From positions 1-13,467 of the forward strand of contig JBMYPC010000085.1 of the NCBI GenBank assembly GCA_049599895.1: 13,467 nt of DNA, in the 5' to 3' direction. The translations under genes and the position numbers were made by a program. Positions 8,669-13,467 of the stretch are shown here, piece by piece. The notes beneath the pieces were generated by a model. The model searched no databases. It saw only the letters and a program-made list of their open reading frames with translations, and was not told where the DNA came from. The stretch is from Bacteriovoracaceae bacterium. GTDB taxonomy: Bacteria > Bdellovibrionota > Bacteriovoracia > Bacteriovoracales > Bacteriovoracaceae. Within the stretch, counting starts at the first letter, position 1. The number at the start of each line of letters is the position of its first letter.

Positions 8669-10048
8669 TTATCTTTTAAACTTCTTAAAACTTTCAATTG
8701 TTTTAAGAGTTTGTTCGATCATTTTTTTTCGGTATTTGACTTTTTCTGATTTAAACTCATTTTCAACTTTTTCAAAATAGTCTTTTGATTTTTGAACTTC
8801 TTCATCAAACAGCTTTTGAACTTCAAGACCTTCATCTGTCACTTTGTCCATTTGATAAGCTCTCGCAAGTTCCTCTTTTGTATTAGTAAGATAAAGGTAT
8901 TCTTCATAGACTCGATGTTTAATTTTGAAAACTTGATCATCATCAAAACTGTGAGGATGGCTTTCGATGTATTTTCCTAAATCGGTAAAAAGCTTGAGGG
9001 CCCAATAGAATGTACAGTAGGCATGATAGATGCCTCTGATTGGCCTTGGAGCTCTTCTCCAAAGGCTATAGAATATTTTTTCATCATCCTCAACGATCAG
9101 CTCATCAAGGGTCAAAAACTTATTTAGAATATGGTGACCGTTTTCATGAACGAGATCATCGAGAAGGTCGACGAAGTCACGGTCAGCAAAATTAATAAAA
9201 GAAACTCCCGGGAAGTTTTGCATCGAGTAGGAGACCATATTTTTCTCTTGGAAGCTTATAAGGCTCCAAGTGTTCTCTAGAAGAAGCTGATGACAATCAG
9301 GACTTGCTTCTGACAAGACCGTGAGTGCTTCTAGGGTTTGCTTTTTGATGTCCTCAATTTGTGATTTGTCTTGAATTTTAAGAAGAAAAGGGAAGTCTTG
9401 GTTTGCTGCGGATGACTTACCAACTCTTTGATTAATTTCTTTTTCGTCTGGGTCAAAAATTGAAAGACCTTCATCATTATGCTCAAAGCTTTTAAGCTCC
9501 AAAATAGAGTCTTTCGTTTCAAAAGCTTGGTTTCTAATAAAAAATATATTTTGAGTGTCACCGAGATCATTTGATGTCACATAGCTGAGTGGCTTCAGAA
9601 GTTCATAATCTTGGTTATGAATATGGAGGTAATAAAAAGTGATTAAGTGCCCTTGAAAGAGTGAAAGAAGATCAGAGGCCACTTCAAATGGGTTTTCATC
9701 CTGTGAGCGGTCACAGAAAATTTTATAAAACTCTGTTGCCTCAAAGAAATCATACAGCTCTTCAATGAGTTCTTCAGTGTTAATGCTCTCTTCTTGAAAA
9801 TCAAACTCAGAAGCTTCTTTTAGCACTTCCGCAAGATAAAAGACTCTTTCCCAGAACTCAACAAAATAAAAATTGATAGGAGAATAGTCTTTGAGAAGAT
9901 TAAAATTAAACTTTTGGATTTCTTCAATAAAGTTCGTGTCGAGAACTTCTGTAAGTTCTTCTGTTTCAGACTGTAGTTCTTCTAGGCTTTCACTGTAGCA
10001 GCTTTTGAGCTCTTCTGAGGCTTGAGATATATTTTCAATGAGTTTCAT
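8669..10048 (-). CDS. HExxH-motif putative peptide-modification enzyme (aKG-HExxH-type beta-hydroxylase family)
   Basis: VSYSMQNFPGVSFI, DDLVHENGHH (HENGH at 9148-9134) and FYSLWRRAPRPIRGIYHAY match the family pattern HExxH...(S/P)WRxxxRPxxGxxHA. The N-terminal ~200 aa are acidic and unrecognised. Confidence 0.82.
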   Translation of the reverse strand: MKLIENISQASEELKSCYSESLEELQSETEELTEVLDTNFIEEIQKFNFNLLKDYSPINFYFVEFWERVFYLAEVLKEASEFDFQEESINTEELIEELYDFFEATEFYKIFCDRSQDENPFEVASDLLSLFQGHLITFYYLHIHNQDYELLKPLSYVTSNDLGDTQNIFFIRNQAFETKDSILELKSFEHNDEGLSIFDPDEKEINQRVGKSSAANQDFPFLLKIQDKSQIEDIKKQTLEALTVLSEASPDCHQLLLENTWSLISFQEKNMVSYSMQNFPGVSFINFADRDFVDLLDDLVHENGHHILNKFLTLDELIVEDDEKIFYSLWRRAPRPIRGIYHAYCTFYWALKLFTDLGKYIESHPHSFDDDQVFKIKHRVYEEYLYLTNTKEELARAYQMDKVTDEGLEVQKLFDEEVQKSKDYFEKVENEFKSEKVKYRKKMIEQTLKTIESFKKFKR

Positions 10049-13000
10049 TGGGAGTTTCTAACTTAAATTCTTGTGAACGCCAATCAATAAATTTAAATGG
10101 CCTAAGTTCTGGCTCGTGAAGTGGTGTTTTAGCATCTGTGGCTCGACAAAACTCTTGATCTCTGTTCTTGACTCGATGGTAATTACTCCAAGCCGCTTCT
10201 CTCAGATATTGGGTGATTTTTCTCTTCTCAGTGATCATTTGCAGATAACGAAATGATCCTCTTTTTGTTCTTTTAAGGTCTGGGGTTGAGCGATCAACAG
10301 AAATAAGCCCAAACTTAGGACAATAGCCATCTGACCATTCAAAGTTATCAGTGATACTCCAATAGAGATAACCATCGATTTTGAGGCCTTCTTTCATAAG
10401 TTGGGAAAGAACCAGAAGGTGTTCAATAATATAAGACGGCCTGATGTTATCGCTTGAGTCTGCAAGACCATTTTCTGTAATTAAAAATGAAAGGTTTCGA
10501 GTGTCAGATTCAAGTCGGTTCACTCTTTCTTTGTTGTAGCGTTTATCAAGAAGCTTTAAGAGATAATAAAGACCGTCGGGATAAACCCCTCTTCCTGCGT
10601 CTGAATAGAGAACGTTATCAGCAAAGACGAGATCAAACTCACTTAAAACTTCAACTCCATAATAATTGATTCCAATGTAATCAAGCTTGGAGATAAAAAA
10701 GTCCAGTGGTCTTAAGTTAAACCAAAGATGAGCATTCTCAACAGTTTTCTTATCTGCTGTTTCGTTTTGTGGATGATAGAAGTCTACTCTATGAGCAATA
10801 CCAACTTTCTTATTAGGCGTTTTCGTTTTGACATAGTCGTAGAGCTCTCCATGAGCGAGGGCCATTCTATTGAGTTGTTGGTAAAAAACACCATAATTCC
10901 CGTCGCTCACATATTGAGCGATGTCAGTGATATTTTGAGTTTTTTGTTCGAGAGGTGATGGCCAAATCACATTTGTGTAGGTGAAAAGGACATAGATATG
11001 AGGCTCGTTAAAGAATGTGTAGCTGTCGACTAAATCATTAAGATGATCAATCACAAGTTTTCCAAACTTTACGAAATGCAGTTGAACCTCTGAGTTATTC
11101 CAAGAACCAAGATCGAGACTCCATTGTGGTTCAGCATGGTGAAAGAGAGTGATAACAGGTTTCATCCCTCGCTTTTTAACTTTTTCGAGAATCTTTCTGT
11201 AATGCTTTAAAGCTTCAAGGTTTGGCTTGTTTTCTCTTGCGCTTTTTAAGGTTGGAAAAATTCGGGCCCAATCAATACTCATTCTAAAAATTGAGCTATG
11301 AGAAGAGTTACCATTTAATTCTTTGGCCGCATCAAGTTCTCGTTCTGGTTCTGTCCAAAACCGAAGTTTGTCTTTTGGGACTGAGACATTGTGAAAGGCG
11401 GGGATCTTATTGTCGTCGGCAAAAAGATTCCATGAATCACTGGCGACAGGTTGATCTTCAACTTGTTGTGCGGCATTGGCGACACCAAAAGAGAAGTCGT
11501 CAGGGAATTCAGCAAGAGTTGTTGATAATGGTATTTTTTCTTTTTTCTTCTCGCTCCCAGAGGGGTCTTCCCCCTTTTTAAGGGACTTCGAAACAAGTCT
11601 CAAGACTTGTAGTTCATAGATGAAATAGTAGGAGTCATAAAGAAGTTCATAGAGTTCTTCACGTTCAGCCTTCGTTCTTTTAAGAAAAACACCCATCTGC
11701 GTTTCATAATAGTATTGGAAAAAAGAGTCCATCACTCCAAGTTCTTTTTGTGTTGATCGCTTTAAATCGAAAAGAAGACCATAGGGGAGATCTTTTCCTT
11801 CATTGGCTTGCGCGATAGCAGGGGCGATGAGAGTGTTAAAAAAGCCTTCTAATCCATGAACAGCATAAAGAGCAGCACCACCAGCACCGCCATCATCCAT
11901 TTGAGCGTAGCTCTCATTGATTGTGATATCCCGTGCAGTTCTCCCATCGGGAAGAACCTCTTCTTTGAGGGCCTTAAATTTTCCTGTTGCTTCAGGAAAT
12001 TTAAAGTTCTGTAAGCGATATTCTTTTGTGAATTCACCTTTTCCTAGAGCCTTTAGCTTTTTAAGCTTTTCTGAGACATCAGTTGATATGGCTTCTAATT
12101 CTGCGACTCTTTCTTCTATCTTCTGACTTTCGCTTTTGTCTTCATCTGTGATTTTGAGTTCATCCCTGGATTTTTCTCCACCGACTTTATAGCGATGAGG
12201 ATAATCAACTTGATCACCTTGCATCGCTTTTTGGGCCATATTCATAAGCGAGGTTGGATTCATGTCCATTGACTTAATCATGCTGCCAATATTCTGAACA
12301 AACCTCGTTGTTCCGGCTTTAAATGACTGTTGGACCATAAGACAAAGATTATGCTTTCCATCTTTTAACAGAAGTTCTTTATCTTCGAAGGAAATAAGAC
12401 CGACTAATCTTTCCGGGATTTTATAAAATGAATGATCCGAGAGAATCATATTGTGAGAAGTGGTTTCAAGAGATCTCAGTTCTTCAAGGCTTAGAATGTA
12501 GCCTTTTTCAGAAAGTTTCGCTTCGATTGTTGCTTCTGACATCATGGGGTTAATGAATTCATGACGAAAGGCTGGTTGAAAGCAATTATTAATATTACGA
12601 AAGAAAACAAGTGATTCATTGATCATGGCCCCAAGACCTTCTTCGCTTGAAGAAAGTTGCTTAAAGAGTGCTTGAAGTTCTCCACTTGAGCTGGCTTCAT
12701 TGATATTGTTCGCAAGAATGCCAATACCCTTAAGTGCTGTGGTCATCCCTGGAAGATTTTGATTTATGACCTGAAGGCCTTCTTCAATATTCTCCGCATG
12801 ACTTGCAATCCCTTCCATTGGAACAATCATCCTACCAATCGTAGAAGAGACATCCATCAGAAGAATCAGAGTTTGGTCGAGTTGGCTTTTGATGTCTGTA
12901 ATTGGTTTTACAATTTCTTGAAGAAGAAGAGAGGTTTGGCTCAAGGAGAGAACGGTTTCTTTTAATAGTTCTTGGGTCTCTTTGAGATCTTTTTTAATTT

Positions 13001-13157
13001 CATCGAGCTGGTTATTCGTGGTTTCAATATTGTTGTTGGCGCGATCAATCCTGCCGGAGTTGTCATCAATTTTCTTGGCCATGTCACAAGCGGATAAGAC
13101 GACGATTAAAGCGATAAGCTTTAAGAAATAAAGAGATTTTGAGACGTAGTTGGGCAT
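10035..13157 (-). CDS. Lipoprotein with N-terminal coiled coil, unknown middle region and C-terminal glycoside hydrolase family 1 (SFR2-like) domain
   Basis: SD AGGTGA. Lipobox VLSAC (Cys24). Heptad-rich region from aa 25. GH1 domain from about aa 551 (FSFGVA, FRMSIDWARIFP, TLFH) with acid/base TFFNEP (E718), nucleophile ITENG (E895), and WSITDNFEWSDGY. Confidence 0.9.
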   Translation of the reverse strand: MPNYVSKSLYFLKLIALIVVLSACDMAKKIDDNSGRIDRANNNIETTNNQLDEIKKDLKETQELLKETVLSLSQTSLLLQEIVKPITDIKSQLDQTLILLMDVSSTIGRMIVPMEGIASHAENIEEGLQVINQNLPGMTTALKGIGILANNINEASSSGELQALFKQLSSSEEGLGAMINESLVFFRNINNCFQPAFRHEFINPMMSEATIEAKLSEKGYILSLEELRSLETTSHNMILSDHSFYKIPERLVGLISFEDKELLLKDGKHNLCLMVQQSFKAGTTRFVQNIGSMIKSMDMNPTSLMNMAQKAMQGDQVDYPHRYKVGGEKSRDELKITDEDKSESQKIEERVAELEAISTDVSEKLKKLKALGKGEFTKEYRLQNFKFPEATGKFKALKEEVLPDGRTARDITINESYAQMDDGGAGGAALYAVHGLEGFFNTLIAPAIAQANEGKDLPYGLLFDLKRSTQKELGVMDSFFQYYYETQMGVFLKRTKAEREELYELLYDSYYFIYELQVLRLVSKSLKKGEDPSGSEKKKEKIPLSTTLAEFPDDFSFGVANAAQQVEDQPVASDSWNLFADDNKIPAFHNVSVPKDKLRFWTEPERELDAAKELNGNSSHSSIFRMSIDWARIFPTLKSARENKPNLEALKHYRKILEKVKKRGMKPVITLFHHAEPQWSLDLGSWNNSEVQLHFVKFGKLVIDHLNDLVDSYTFFNEPHIYVLFTYTNVIWPSPLEQKTQNITDIAQYVSDGNYGVFYQQLNRMALAHGELYDYVKTKTPNKKVGIAHRVDFYHPQNETADKKTVENAHLWFNLRPLDFFISKLDYIGINYYGVEVLSEFDLVFADNVLYSDAGRGVYPDGLYYLLKLLDKRYNKERVNRLESDTRNLSFLITENGLADSSDNIRPSYIIEHLLVLSQLMKEGLKIDGYLYWSITDNFEWSDGYCPKFGLISVDRSTPDLKRTKRGSFRYLQMITEKRKITQYLREAAWSNYHRVKNRDQEFCRATDAKTPLHEPELRPFKFIDWRSQEFKLETPNETH

Positions 13158-13205
13158 AAATCACCTAAAAGTTTGTTCTATAAAAAGCGCTTAAAAATAT
13201 CATTG

Positions 13206-13225
13206 ATTCACATTTTTTTGTGAAT
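13206..13225. promoter_or_regulatory. Operator-like inverted repeat ATTCACA-N6-TGTGAAT upstream of the GH1 lipoprotein gene
   Basis: Perfect 7-bp arms around a 6-T spacer, 49-68 bp upstream of the start codon at 13157. Confidence 0.4.
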
Positions 13226-13324
13226 GATGGGAAATATTTCAAGTTGGGGGGAGTTGGGGGTGTTTAGATTTTGGGCAGGGTGAAAGAAGTATAGGGGGGA
13301 AGGTTTTTTATTCGATGTTTTGGG

Positions 13325-13467
13325 GTTTTATCTGATTCCTGAACGGAATCATCTGTCCGCTTGGCGCGCAAAAAATGTCCACTGGGGCTTTTGTTTACTT
13401 TCGTTTTTTGGAGTTTTATCTGATTCCTGAACGGAATCATCTGTCCGCTTGGCGCGCAAAAAATGTC
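13325..13467. repeat. Direct repeat of at least 55 bp, two identical copies (13325-13379 and 13413-13467), period 88 bp, containing a hairpin
   Basis: GTTTTATCTGATTCCTGAACGGAATCATCTGTCCGCTTGGCGCGCAAAAAATGTC occurs twice. Internal stem TGATTCC-TGAAC-GGAATCA. The second copy runs into the window end. Confidence 0.92.

Noticed and set aside
8663..8672. Palindrome ATAAGCTTAT at the convergent gene junction
   Set aside because: It is simply two facing TAA stops around GC and is too short for a terminator.
9134..9148. HExxH as a zinc metalloprotease site
   Set aside because: The downstream WRxxPRPxxGxxHA motif points to the aKG-HExxH modification family instead.
8224..12965. Short alternative-frame or antisense ORFs as RiPP precursor or antitoxin candidates
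   Set aside because: All lie inside long, motif-supported genes and show no leader/core or antitoxin pattern.
13325..13467. CRISPR array (unit begins GTTTTA, 33-bp gap)
   Set aside because: Only two copies are visible, the unit is at least 55 bp, the gap resembles the upstream flank, and there are no cas genes in the window. Kept as an unclassified repeat.

Overview
AT-rich bacterial window, tentatively from a Bdellovibrionota/Bacteriovoracia-like genome (an impression from composition and protein style, not tested). The left half is housekeeping: icmF (fused isobutyryl-CoA mutase/MeaB GTPase) abutting a PduO-type cobalamin adenosyltransferase, a convergent FHA protein, and an IscA/ErpA Fe-S carrier followed by a YgfZ-TPR fusion. 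The right half is accessory and holds the main novelties. (1) A signal-peptide protein combines an intact Fic AMPylase motif with a C-terminal region carrying the R / STS / QxE motifs of cholera-toxin/pierisin-class ADP-ribosyltransferases. (2) A 1040-aa lipoprotein ends in a GH1 domain that resembles plant SFR2 galactolipid galactosyltransferase. (3) An orphan aKG-HExxH-type hydroxylase overlaps the end of that lipoprotein gene. The window ends in a G-rich tract and a hairpin-containing 55-bp direct repeat. All family calls come from motif recognition by eye; no searches were run.
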